Of a stretch of 64,000 nucleotides of DNA, positions 31,019-40,376 are shown piece after piece. Numbering within the stretch: the first letter of the stretch is position 1; each line of letters starts with the position of its first letter. Position numbers and translations under genes: made by a program. Below the pieces are notes generated by a model. It saw only the letters and a list, made by a program, of their open reading frames with translations. It searched no databases and was not told the origin of the DNA. This stretch comes from an uncultured Chloroflexia bacterium (GTDB lineage: Bacteria; Chloroflexota; Anaerolineae; JAAYZQ01): contig CAVOXA010000014.1 of NCBI GenBank assembly GCA_963700285.1, positions 64,001 through 128,000 on the forward strand. The letters are read 5' to 3'.

Positions 31019-31414
31019 ATGCGCATTCTTCTCGCCGATGATCAGAAAAAGGTACGTTTTGCACTGCGCGTGCTGCTGGAACAGCAGCCGGGCATGGAGG
31101 TCGTGGGTGAAGCCGTGGATGTTCAAGGGCTTCTTGCCCAGATCGAGGCAAGCTCGCCCGACATAGTTCTTGTTGACTGGACGCTGCCCGGCCACACCGG
31201 CGGGCAGCTTTTGCAGTCGCTGCGCGAGGCGGATCCCGAACTGGCCATCATCGCCCTCAGTCCTCGCCTGGAAGCCCGAAAGTCGGCCCTCGATGCCGGC
31301 GCCAGCGCCTTTGTCTGCAAGTGTGATGCGCCAGACCGCCTCCTCTCTGCCATCGCCGGCCTAGAGACCGTACAGTGCCAGGGGCAGGCATCCGCAGAAT
31401 GCCCTTCCCAGTAG
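31019..31414 (+). CDS. Stand-alone response regulator receiver protein
   Basis: MRILLADD..PDIVLVDW..AGASAFVCK; no output domain; GAGGT SD. Confidence 0.88.
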   Translation: MRILLADDQKKVRFALRVLLEQQPGMEVVGEAVDVQGLLAQIEASSPDIVLVDWTLPGHTGGQLLQSLREADPELAIIALSPRLEARKSALDAGASAFVCKCDAPDRLLSAIAGLETVQCQGQASAECPSQ

Positions 31415-31464
31415 GGTTGTAGGCTGCCTGCACAAGTTTTCGCGAACCACTCGTTGTCCTGAGA

Positions 31465-31500
31465 AAGACCGGTCCAGTTTCGGAAAATTGGACCGGTCTT
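31465..31500. repeat. Palindrome / stem-loop (REP-like or terminator)
   Basis: AAGACCGGTCCA-GTTTCGGAAAAT-TGGACCGGTCTT; 12-bp perfect arms. Confidence 0.55.
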
Positions 31501-31651
31501 GTGCGACACAGAAGTCAGCTTGGCAGCCACCTGGCCCAATGTGACGCAGGTCAGGAGAATTCACCGAATCCTTGGGTCCCCTTTTTCCCGTGGTCTATCT
31601 CGCACAGAAGACGACAACAGCGTACAAGATCCAAACGAGGTCAGGTGTCGA

Positions 31652-31706
31652 TATGTTCGTAATCAAACACAGAAGAGTTGACAAACGTACAAATCTGTGT
31701 CATAAT
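31652..31706 (+). promoter_or_regulatory. Sigma70 promoter of the sugar cluster with an adjacent GlpR/DeoR-like operator
   Basis: TTGACA (31678)-N17-CATAAT (31701); imperfect palindrome TATGTTCGTAATCAAACAC just upstream of the -35. Confidence 0.7.
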
Positions 31707-31740
31707 GAGCTACCTTTCACAACTGGCAGCGAGGAGAGGC

Positions 31741-32532
31741 ATGAATAACGTCACTGTCGACCTCAAAGGAAAAGTCACCTTTATCACCGGCGCCGGGAGC
31801 GGTATCGGTCGTGGTCTAGCCCTACAGTTCGCCAGGGACGGCTCGGCAGTTGCCGTAACGGATCTGGACGGCGATGCGGCCGCTGCCGTCGCGACCGAGA
31901 TCCAGGCGGCGGGGGGCAAGAGCCTATCCCTCCCTGTGGACGTTGCAGACCACCAGGCAGTCGAATCTGCTTTGGACCAAACCCTCTCTTGTTTTGGCCA
32001 CATCGATATCCTATTTGCCAACGCTGGCATCCTCGGCCCTGTAGATCTTGCGGATACCACTGCGCGCGACTGGGATCGAGTGCTCGCCGTCAACCTCCAG
32101 GGTGTCATCCATGCCTGCCAGGCTGCGGCGCCGCCAATGATGGCCCGCCGACAGGGACGCATTCTGATCACATCCTCCGTAAACGCTGTGCGGGCTGGCG
32201 CCCACGTCATCCCCTACCGGGTGAGCAAGGCTGCCCTGCTTATGTACACCCGCTGCCTGTCCCTTGCCGTGGCGCCCTATGGCATTACAGTGAACGCGCT
32301 TTGCCCCAACGTCGTCCCGACGCCCATCCAGTTGAACTATGTCACTGAAAAGGTAGTTGAGCAAGGCATCTCCGCCGAAGACTATCTGTCGGACCGAGCC
32401 AAGCGCATTCCCATGCAGCAGCTGACCCAGGTTGAGGACGTCATCGCCCTGGCCCGGTTTCTGGTGTCTGATGGCGCACGGCTGATCACAGGACAGGCCA
32501 TTGGCCCCGATGGAGGGAGCATGGCGGAGTAG
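31741..32532 (+). CDS. SDR family NAD(P)-dependent oxidoreductase
   Basis: TGAGSGIG, NAG, catalytic YRVSK; AGGAG SD before ATG 31741. Confidence 0.92.
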   Translation: MNNVTVDLKGKVTFITGAGSGIGRGLALQFARDGSAVAVTDLDGDAAAAVATEIQAAGGKSLSLPVDVADHQAVESALDQTLSCFGHIDILFANAGILGPVDLADTTARDWDRVLAVNLQGVIHACQAAAPPMMARRQGRILITSSVNAVRAGAHVIPYRVSKAALLMYTRCLSLAVAPYGITVNALCPNVVPTPIQLNYVTEKVVEQGISAEDYLSDRAKRIPMQQLTQVEDVIALARFLVSDGARLITGQAIGPDGGSMAE

Positions 32533-32583
32533 CTATGAGTGAATTGGGTTCCGAAATACTCAACAATCGATGGAAGAAGAACC

Positions 32584-33708
32584 GTGAAGAGCTGTAGCCA
32601 CCGTGAGCGTGTCATCGCGGCTTTCAGCCATGAGGAACCGGACCGCATCCCGCTGGACCTGATGGGCAATGCCGGCGGGCTGGTGGATGCCACCTATTTC
32701 CGCTTGCGCGACCACCTCGGCCTGTCGCCCATTCCCCCCATCCGCTCGGGCAGCACGGTCAACTACTACGACGAGCGCATCCTCGAGCACCTCGACATTG
32801 ACTTTCGCCGCATCTTTCTCAATCGGAACCCGGGCGCCATCCAAGAGCACGACGATGGCACCTTTTGCGACGTGTGGGGCATGACCTACCAGAAGGCAGG
32901 CTTGTTTGTCAACGTCAATAGCAATCCACTTAACCGCATAACGACCGTTGACGAGATCGAAGCCCATGCCTGGCCCACAGCCGAAGAAATGTTTAACACC
33001 GACGGCCTAGCCGAAGATGCGAGGCAGCGGTACAACGAGACGGACCATGCCCTCGTCGCCCGCAATCCACTGACCTACGGTTTTCTCGACCGCTCCTGCC
33101 AGCTCATGGAGATGTCCGAGTTTATGATGGCCATGCTCCTCTACCCCGACGTGGCCCAGGCGATGATCGACCGCATCCTGGCCATTTACAAGGACGTGTA
33201 CACCTTGTTCCTCGACGCCGTGGGACCCTATGTGCAGATGGTAGAAATCGGTGACGACCTGGGCACCCAGGACAGCCTGCTCATCTCACCCAAGATGTAC
33301 CGCAAGTTCATCAAGCCGGCCCAGCAGGAGTTGTACGACTTGATCCACGAAAAGGCACCGGGAGCCGCCCTCTTTCACCATACCGACGGCGCCATGTTCC
33401 GCCTGCTGCCGGACCTGATCGAGGCCGGGGTGAACGTCCTGAACCCGGTCCAGACCTCGGCGGCCGGCATGGAGGCCCGCGGTCTCAAGGAGGCATTCGG
33501 AAATCAACTAGTCTTCCACGGCGCCATCGAGCATTTTGAGGGTGACATCGATCTGGAAACCGTGGTTGCCGAGGTCAAGGACCGCATCGATGCCCTGGCG
33601 CCCGGCGGTGGTTATGTTCTGGCGCCCTGCAATCACATGATCGACGTGCGTCCGGAAGTGGTTTTGGCCATTTATGAAACCGCCCGCGAGCACGGGCGGT
33701 ACCGCTAG
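32584..33708 (+). CDS. Uroporphyrinogen decarboxylase / MtaA-CmuA family protein (paralogue 1)
   Basis: RERV..EPDRIP, GDDLGTQ, HHTDG, LNPVQ, GGGYVLAPCNH; start uncertain (32539 or GTG 32584). Confidence 0.88.
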   Translation: MKSCSHRERVIAAFSHEEPDRIPLDLMGNAGGLVDATYFRLRDHLGLSPIPPIRSGSTVNYYDERILEHLDIDFRRIFLNRNPGAIQEHDDGTFCDVWGMTYQKAGLFVNVNSNPLNRITTVDEIEAHAWPTAEEMFNTDGLAEDARQRYNETDHALVARNPLTYGFLDRSCQLMEMSEFMMAMLLYPDVAQAMIDRILAIYKDVYTLFLDAVGPYVQMVEIGDDLGTQDSLLISPKMYRKFIKPAQQELYDLIHEKAPGAALFHHTDGAMFRLLPDLIEAGVNVLNPVQTSAAGMEARGLKEAFGNQLVFHGAIEHFEGDIDLETVVAEVKDRIDALAPGGGYVLAPCNHMIDVRPEVVLAIYETAREHGRYR

Positions 33709-33728
33709 CTATCAGCTCGGGAGAGACC

Positions 33729-34907
33729 ATGCCTACGTTCAGTCATCGAGAGCGAGTCATCGCCGCGCTCAACCACCAAGAGCCTGACCGGATACCGATC
33801 GATCTGATGGGCCACGCCACCATGCTCCTGGATGAAAGCTACCTGCAACTGCGTGATTACCTGGGCCTTTCGCCCATCCCGCCCATCCGCTCTGGCACCA
33901 GTGCCAACTATTACGACGAGCGTATTCTTGAACGCTTTGACATCGACTACAGGCGCCTATTCCTCAAGACCCGTCCCGAAGCGGCCATTGTGAACCACGC
34001 TGATGGCTCCTTCACCGATGTGTGGGGCATTCGCAGCCGAAAGGCGGGCCTGTACGTCAACGTCATCGAGTATCCCTTGACTGGGGCCACTACGGCGGCC
34101 GACCTCGGGACCTACGACTGGCCGGCACCGGAGCGCATGTTCTCAGCCGAGGGGCTGGCCGAAGAGGCGCAGCAGATGTATGAAGAGACAGACTATGCCC
34201 TGGTCGCCCGCAATCCCCTGAGTTTCGGCTTTCGCGAACGGGCCTGTATGTTGATGGAGATGTCGGATTTTATGGTCGCCCTGGCCCTCTACCCTGACAT
34301 GGCAGCGAGTATCATTGCCCACTTGCTCGAAATCTACAAGGGAGTCTATGGCATGTTCCTGGACGCCGTGGGCCCCTACGTCCACGTGGTAGAGGTAGGC
34401 GATGATCTGGGTTCCCAGGAAAGCTTGCTCATGTCGCCCAAGATGTGGCGAAAGTTCTTCAAGTCAGCCGAAAAACAGCTGTATGACCTAATCCACAAGA
34501 AAGCGCCCCAGGCAGCCCTGGTCCGTCACTCCGACGGCGCCTACTTTGCCCTGATCCCGGACCTCATCGAGATTGGCGTTGACGTACTGAACCCCATCCA
34601 GACATCGGCCACGGGCATGGGTGCTCAGCGTCTCAAGGATACCTTTGGCGACCAGCTGGCCTTTCACGGCGGCATGGAGTTCATTGAGGGCGACGTGGGC
34701 GTTGATGACGTCATCGCCGAAGTCAAGGAGCGGATTGACGTGCTGGCCCCTGGCGGCGGCTATATATTGGCCTCCTGCAATCACATGATCGATGTCAAAC
34801 CCGAGAATATCGTCGCCATGTTCGATATCGCGCGCGAGTACGGGCGATATGGATCTATAGCCGCCAGCAAGGACACGCGAACAGAAGTGGAGGGTGAGAA
34901 CGCATGA
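33729..34907 (+). CDS. UROD / MtaA-CmuA family protein (paralogue 2)
   Basis: RERV..EPDRIP, GDDLGSQ, RHSDG, LNPIQ, GGGYILASCNH. Confidence 0.88.
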   Translation: MPTFSHRERVIAALNHQEPDRIPIDLMGHATMLLDESYLQLRDYLGLSPIPPIRSGTSANYYDERILERFDIDYRRLFLKTRPEAAIVNHADGSFTDVWGIRSRKAGLYVNVIEYPLTGATTAADLGTYDWPAPERMFSAEGLAEEAQQMYEETDYALVARNPLSFGFRERACMLMEMSDFMVALALYPDMAASIIAHLLEIYKGVYGMFLDAVGPYVHVVEVGDDLGSQESLLMSPKMWRKFFKSAEKQLYDLIHKKAPQAALVRHSDGAYFALIPDLIEIGVDVLNPIQTSATGMGAQRLKDTFGDQLAFHGGMEFIEGDVGVDDVIAEVKERIDVLAPGGGYILASCNHMIDVKPENIVAMFDIAREYGRYGSIAASKDTRTEVEGENA

Positions 34908-36427
34908 CAGGTACTACCACTGCCAAACCCAGAGTCGGCCTGGTGAGCTTTACCGACGGCCGCGACAGTTTTTTTGACCAGCCTCGCGAGGATTACTTGC
35001 GGGAGAAGCACCGCGAACTGATCGAGTTCCTGGAGGCGGAAGGCTGCGAAGTAGTCAACCCCATGGCCAGCCTCCGCAGAAACACCACCGATTGGTTCGG
35101 CGTGCGCCGCTACGACGAGGCTGCCTACTGCGCCCGCCACATGGTATCCGAAGGCGCAGAGTGCATGATCCTCTGCTCGCACTTCTGGACGCCGCCGATG
35201 CTCATGATTGACGTGGTGCGCGAGGCCAGTGTGCCCACCCTGCTGTACACAGTCGATGATCCCAACCTGCCGGGCACGGTCAGCATTAGCGCCTGCGGCG
35301 CCAGTCTGCTCGAGTCCGGCGTCAACCGCCACGCCGTGCAGCATGAGCGAATGAAGGGCAACCCAGCGCTGATGTTGCCCTGGATCCGCGGCACCTCCGC
35401 CGTAGCCAAAATGCGCAAAAGCGCGGTGATGCTGTGGGGCGGTTCCTACGCGTTGCATATGGAGCACCTGCAGGACGACATCCCAGCCCTGAAGCGATTC
35501 ATGATCCGCGACGTACTAAACGAGGGCGAATACGCCCTCATCCGCCGCGCCGAGAAGATCATGACCGAGCAACCAGAGCGCATCGACCATTTTCTACGGT
35601 GGCTCAAGGATAACGGCGCCCGGGTCGTTTATGATGATGTCAGCGCCACGCCGCACAACGTTCGTATCCAGGTCGGCTACTATTTGGGCGCCCGCGACCG
35701 TTTGCAGGAACTGGAGGGCGAGAGGATCGTGGGAGTGTCGGTACGCTGCCAACCGACACTCTCAGAAGAGTATGGCGTCGTAGGCTGCACCCTGCCCGCC
35801 TTTTTGCCCTTTGGCGCCGATGACTTGGGGCCAAAGCCCATTGTCCCCACCGTGTGCGAGGGCGACGTGAAAGGGCTGCTGACATCGGTCCTGCTCAGCC
35901 AGATCCGGCCTGACGTTGGCCCCATCTTTGGCGACCTGAAGTACGTGGGCGAGGACTTTTTCGCCATCTCGAACTGCGGTGCTGCCTCGGTCTGGTGGGC
36001 GGGCAAGAGCAACGACCCGGCCACTTCGCTGCCCGAGGTGACGGTACAGGCCAACGTTGATGGCTTTACGGGCGCCGCAGTCGGCTACCTGGGCAAGGGC
36101 GGCCCGGTGACGACGGCCCGCCTGTGCCGCGTCAAAGGTCACTACTTCCTGCATATGGCCCTGGGCGAGAGCGTGCCCCTGGAGGGCGATGTCAAGGATA
36201 AGGTCCTGGGCTTCTTCGGTGAGATGTGGCCCAACGTCATGGTTCGCCTGGGCAGCGATCCCGACCTGCTATTCCGCGTCGCAGCCTCCAACCACCCGGT
36301 GGCCACCGACGGCGATCTGTCGCAAGAGATCGCCTACGCCTGCCGCCAGCTGGACATCCCCATTGTGCGCCTCGACTCAAACGACTCGATGCGCGAGTAC
36401 CTGGATAAGGTGGGGCAGATTCGCTGA
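34904..36427 (+). CDS. L-fucose/L-arabinose isomerase family protein
   Basis: VRCQPTL, PTVCEGDVKG, FGDL, SNCGA, VTTARLCR, ASNH. Confidence 0.8.
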   Translation: MTGTTTAKPRVGLVSFTDGRDSFFDQPREDYLREKHRELIEFLEAEGCEVVNPMASLRRNTTDWFGVRRYDEAAYCARHMVSEGAECMILCSHFWTPPMLMIDVVREASVPTLLYTVDDPNLPGTVSISACGASLLESGVNRHAVQHERMKGNPALMLPWIRGTSAVAKMRKSAVMLWGGSYALHMEHLQDDIPALKRFMIRDVLNEGEYALIRRAEKIMTEQPERIDHFLRWLKDNGARVVYDDVSATPHNVRIQVGYYLGARDRLQELEGERIVGVSVRCQPTLSEEYGVVGCTLPAFLPFGADDLGPKPIVPTVCEGDVKGLLTSVLLSQIRPDVGPIFGDLKYVGEDFFAISNCGAASVWWAGKSNDPATSLPEVTVQANVDGFTGAAVGYLGKGGPVTTARLCRVKGHYFLHMALGESVPLEGDVKDKVLGFFGEMWPNVMVRLGSDPDLLFRVAASNHPVATDGDLSQEIAYACRQLDIPIVRLDSNDSMREYLDKVGQIR

Positions 36428-37497
36428 TGACAACCTACCGCAACCACGCGTGCCGTCTAGCGGAATACAGCCTCAATGGCCAGCGCCTGCTCTTTCTGGA
36501 GAACGAGCTACTTCGCATCGGCGTCCTGGTGGACAAGGGGGCTGACATTCTTCAGTTCCTTTTCAAGCCGTCCGACACCGAGTTCATGCTGCACATGCCA
36601 GATGGCATCCGCCCTCCGGCGGTACAAAACAGAGCGTCGGCCTGGGGCTCATTCCTGGACTACTATCCAGGCGGCTGGCAGGAGATCTTGCCCAACGGCG
36701 GGCCGGCCTGCACCTACAAGGGCATCGAGTTCGGTCTGCACGGCGAGATTTCGACGATCCCGTGGGAGCTGCATATCGACCAGGATGACCCGAAAGAGGT
36801 CCTGATCACTCTGACCGGCCGCCCTTTCCGCACACCCTTCCGCCTCGAGCGCCAGATGGCCCTGCGCCAGGGCGAGGCGATCCTGACCATGCGCGAAGAG
36901 CTGACCAACACGGGTGGCGAGGTGATGGACCTTATGTGGGGCCACCACCCTGCTTTCGGCGCCCCCTTCCTGGGGCCCGACTGTATCGTCGACCTGCCAA
37001 CTCCCAAGGGCAAGACTTTGACCCTGGAAACCGTGCCAGGGGCGGCGGGCACTCGCTTGGCCGGTGGCAGCCGCCAGCCCTGGCCCCTGGCCAGCGAAGG
37101 GGATGGTGCCCCCATCGACTTCAGCCGGCCCGATCCCTGCGGCATGGGGCACGAGGACCTAGGCTACGTGGTAGACTTGCCCCAGGGCTGGTACGCCATC
37201 ACCAACCAGTCCAGCCAGGTCGGCTTTGCGCTGACCTGGCCCGTGGACATCCTGCCCTACCTGTGGGTTTGGCGTCAGTTCAACGCCAGCCAGGGCTATC
37301 CCTGGTACGGACGAGCCTATACCATGGCCCTCGAACCGTGGACCAGCTACCCATCGGGTGGACTTCTGGAGGCCATCAGCAATGGCTCCGCGGCGAGGCT
37401 CGAGGCGGGCCAGACCCTTCGAGCGACCCTGCGCGCAATCGCCTATCAAGGTTTGGAGCGCGTGAGCCAGGTAACTCCAGAAGGGCTTGTGACATGA
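36427..37497 (+). CDS. Aldose 1-epimerase-like / DUF4432 family protein
   Basis: YPGGWQEILPN, GLHGEIS, MWGHHPAFG, LPYLWVW, ALEPWTS. Confidence 0.85.
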   Translation: MTTYRNHACRLAEYSLNGQRLLFLENELLRIGVLVDKGADILQFLFKPSDTEFMLHMPDGIRPPAVQNRASAWGSFLDYYPGGWQEILPNGGPACTYKGIEFGLHGEISTIPWELHIDQDDPKEVLITLTGRPFRTPFRLERQMALRQGEAILTMREELTNTGGEVMDLMWGHHPAFGAPFLGPDCIVDLPTPKGKTLTLETVPGAAGTRLAGGSRQPWPLASEGDGAPIDFSRPDPCGMGHEDLGYVVDLPQGWYAITNQSSQVGFALTWPVDILPYLWVWRQFNASQGYPWYGRAYTMALEPWTSYPSGGLLEAISNGSAARLEAGQTLRATLRAIAYQGLERVSQVTPEGLVT

Positions 37498-39212
37498 CCT
37501 CGCGCTGGCAAGCCTACCGCCAAGCGGCCGATGCCATGCCTGAGCAGATGCTGGCCTGGCCCTACCATGGCGCTGGCCTGGAAAGATTAGGCGCCAACGG
37601 CCAGCCAGTACTTGAGCCAGTGCCGGCCTGCGGTCCAGAGGACCTGCTGGTTCGCGTCGACGCCCTGGGTCTGTGCAACTCGGACCTGAAAATGGTCCGC
37701 ATGGGCAGGGAGTATCCCCTATTCTTTGAACGCGACTTTGAACGGAACCCGGGGCGCTTGGGCCACGAGATGGCCGTCACGGTCGTAAAAGCTGGCGAGC
37801 GTTGGCGGGACATGTACCAGCGCGGCCAGCGGCTGGGCATGCAGCCCGATGTGTACCACGGCGGCAAGCGGCTGTGCCTGGGTGTGAACCTGTTGGGCGG
37901 AATGTCCCAGTATGTGACCCTCGGCCCCGAAGTGGTTGAAGGCGACCCCGAAAGCTATCTGTTTCCCGCGCCGCACGAGATGACTTATGTCGACTTGTCG
38001 TTACTGGAACCGTGGGCTTGTGTAGACGCGGCCTACCAACCCCTTCGTCGCCTGGAGCCGAAACCGGGCGGCGTGATGTGGATCAAGGGCCGTCCGGGCA
38101 GTGACCATGCTTTCACCATGAGCTGCCCTCTGACCTGCGCTCGCTTGGTGTTGAGCGACGTGCCCGAAAGCTTTGCGGCGTGGGCACGGACGCAGGCGGT
38201 CGAGATTTGGCAGCGCGACGGCGGCAGCGGCCGGGAGCTAGTCGAGGCTGCAACCGGTGGCGCCGGGTTTGACGACATCATTCTGCTCGATCCACACCAG
38301 GCGTCTATGGTCGAGGCAGCCGTGGAGGTGATGGTACCCTTTGGCTCCCTAAATCTCGTCACCAAACTGCCCCTGGACGGGCCGGTTCCGGTCGACATGG
38401 GTCGCCTGCACTATGAACACCTGGCCTTTGTCGGCTGCCCCGGTCCCGACATCGCACAGGCTTACGGAACCGCCCGCAACCGCTCGGAACTGCGCCCGGG
38501 CGGTGTCACCCTCATCGTAGGCGCCGGTGGCGCCATGGGCCGCATGCACCTTATCCGCACTTTGGAGATGGCAGAGGGGCCGCGGGCGGTCATTGTCACT
38601 AACCGAGGCACGTCCCGCCTGGCCAGCCTGGTCAGGGATTTCGGACCACTGGCCCAGGAGCGAGGCATCGAGCTGGTGGCCGTCAGTCCGACGTCCGAGC
38701 CGGGCCGCTTGGAACGGGAGATCGACCGTTTGAGCAGAGGCCGTGGCTGTGATGACGTCAATGTCATCGTGCCCAATGCCAGGGTCGTTGCCGAGGCGGT
38801 ACCCTACCTGGCTGACGACGGGCTGCTCATCGTCTTTGCCGGCGTCCGCGGTGGTCACAAAGTACCTCTGCCCCTGGATCGGATCGCCCTACATAGCGCC
38901 CAGTTCACCGGCACCAGCGGCTCGTCCATTGAGGACGCCAAGCGGGTGATGGAAAAAGCTCGGACGGGAGCGCTATCACCGTCTCGGGCCATGGCCGCCG
39001 TGGGTGGGCTGAAGGCCATTTCGAAGGGATTGCAGGCCATGATGGACGGGACCTACCCGGGCAAGATCGTCGTCTTTCCCAACCTCATCGACCTGCCCCT
39101 GCTGGGTTTGAGTGAACTGAAGACGGTACATCCTGAGGTCTATGCCCAATTGGGCCCTGGAAAAACATGGTCGGCGGCTGCCGAACAGGCCTTGTTTGAG
39201 GCATACCTATGA
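37494..39212 (+). CDS. Zn-dependent medium-chain alcohol/polyol dehydrogenase (SorE-like, enlarged, 572 aa)
   Basis: GLCNSD, LGHE, LLEPWACV, Rossmann GAGGAMG; ATG overlaps the upstream stop (ATGA). Confidence 0.8.
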   Translation: MTSRWQAYRQAADAMPEQMLAWPYHGAGLERLGANGQPVLEPVPACGPEDLLVRVDALGLCNSDLKMVRMGREYPLFFERDFERNPGRLGHEMAVTVVKAGERWRDMYQRGQRLGMQPDVYHGGKRLCLGVNLLGGMSQYVTLGPEVVEGDPESYLFPAPHEMTYVDLSLLEPWACVDAAYQPLRRLEPKPGGVMWIKGRPGSDHAFTMSCPLTCARLVLSDVPESFAAWARTQAVEIWQRDGGSGRELVEAATGGAGFDDIILLDPHQASMVEAAVEVMVPFGSLNLVTKLPLDGPVPVDMGRLHYEHLAFVGCPGPDIAQAYGTARNRSELRPGGVTLIVGAGGAMGRMHLIRTLEMAEGPRAVIVTNRGTSRLASLVRDFGPLAQERGIELVAVSPTSEPGRLEREIDRLSRGRGCDDVNVIVPNARVVAEAVPYLADDGLLIVFAGVRGGHKVPLPLDRIALHSAQFTGTSGSSIEDAKRVMEKARTGALSPSRAMAAVGGLKAISKGLQAMMDGTYPGKIVVFPNLIDLPLLGLSELKTVHPEVYAQLGPGKTWSAAAEQALFEAYL

Positions 39213-40363
39213 CCACCTTGATGACGCCCAAAGAGCGGATGCTGGCCGCTCTCAACCGGACCGAGCCCGACCGTGTGCCAACAGTCATGTGGGGCAGCTA
39301 CTATACCTTTAACGATGACACCTATTTTCGCCTGCTGGACCATCTGGGCCTGGGTGAGCCTGTGCCACCGTTTCGCCGCCAGCTGCCGCGCAATTCGAAC
39401 TATCTCGACGATCGCGTTCTCGACCGCCTGGAGACCGATGCCCGCTACATCTGGTCGGGCCTGACCGACTTGGGCGGTGCGCGCATGGATGGCGACGGCC
39501 GGGACGCCTGGGGGGTGCAGTGGGCGCGCCAGGGTCCCCACCTGGTAAGCGTCGACTATCCCCTGGCTGGCGCGGGTATGGAGGAGATCGAAAACTACGG
39601 CTGGCCCGACCCGGAGCGGCATCTGGACTATGAGCTGATGGCCGGGCGGCTGGACTATTTGCGGCGGCACTGTCCCGACCATGCCATCGGCGCTCGGGCG
39701 GCCAACTCCTACGGGCCCTTTGAGCAAGCCGCCCAGTTGCGGGGCCGTGTGGACTTTTACATGGACATTGCCGCCGAACCCGAATTGGCCCGGCTGCTGG
39801 TGGACAAATGCGCCGATGTCATCGTTCGCGCTCAGGAGCTGTACCTGGACGTCGTCAGCCAGTACGTCGACTTTTTCGAGATTCCCGGCGACGACTATGG
39901 GGCAAACCAGAACCTCATCATCTCGCCGCGATCCTTCCGCGACCTGATCAAGCCGGCGCTGGCTCGCATTGTGGCCTCGGTCAAGGCCTACCGCGCTGAC
40001 CTGCCGGTGGTCTTTCACACCGACGGCGCCATCGCCAGCATCGTGCCCGACCTGGCCGAGATTGGCATAGACGTCCTGAACCCGCTGGAGCCGCTACCCG
40101 CCACCGATTGGCCGGCCATCAAGACCGACTACGCAGACCGGCTGTGCTTTATGGGCGGGGTGGATGTCACCAAGGCAATGATCGGCAGCGTAGAGGATGT
40201 ACGGTCCGAGGTGAAGCGTTGCATCGAGGTCTTTGGTTCCGGCGGCGGCTACATCTTGACCTCGGCCAACCATTTGCAGCCCGACGTGCCACCGGAGAAT
40301 ATCGTGGCCATGTTTGAGGCTGCTCGCGAGTACGGGCGCTACTATCCCTTTGGTGTGGAATAG
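39209..40363 (+). CDS. UROD / MtaA-CmuA family protein (paralogue 3)
   Basis: MTPKERM..EPDRVP, GDDYG, FHTDG, LNPLE, GGGYILTSANHLQPDVP. Confidence 0.88.
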   Translation: MTTLMTPKERMLAALNRTEPDRVPTVMWGSYYTFNDDTYFRLLDHLGLGEPVPPFRRQLPRNSNYLDDRVLDRLETDARYIWSGLTDLGGARMDGDGRDAWGVQWARQGPHLVSVDYPLAGAGMEEIENYGWPDPERHLDYELMAGRLDYLRRHCPDHAIGARAANSYGPFEQAAQLRGRVDFYMDIAAEPELARLLVDKCADVIVRAQELYLDVVSQYVDFFEIPGDDYGANQNLIISPRSFRDLIKPALARIVASVKAYRADLPVVFHTDGAIASIVPDLAEIGIDVLNPLEPLPATDWPAIKTDYADRLCFMGGVDVTKAMIGSVEDVRSEVKRCIEVFGSGGGYILTSANHLQPDVPPENIVAMFEAAREYGRYYPFGVE

Positions 40364-40376
40364 GGGGGACACTGAC

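Noticed and set aside
36936-37493. 186-aa N-terminal extension of the zinc dehydrogenase ORF
   Set aside because: It overlaps the epimerase gene in another frame; the ATG at 37494 coupled to the upstream stop is the likely start.
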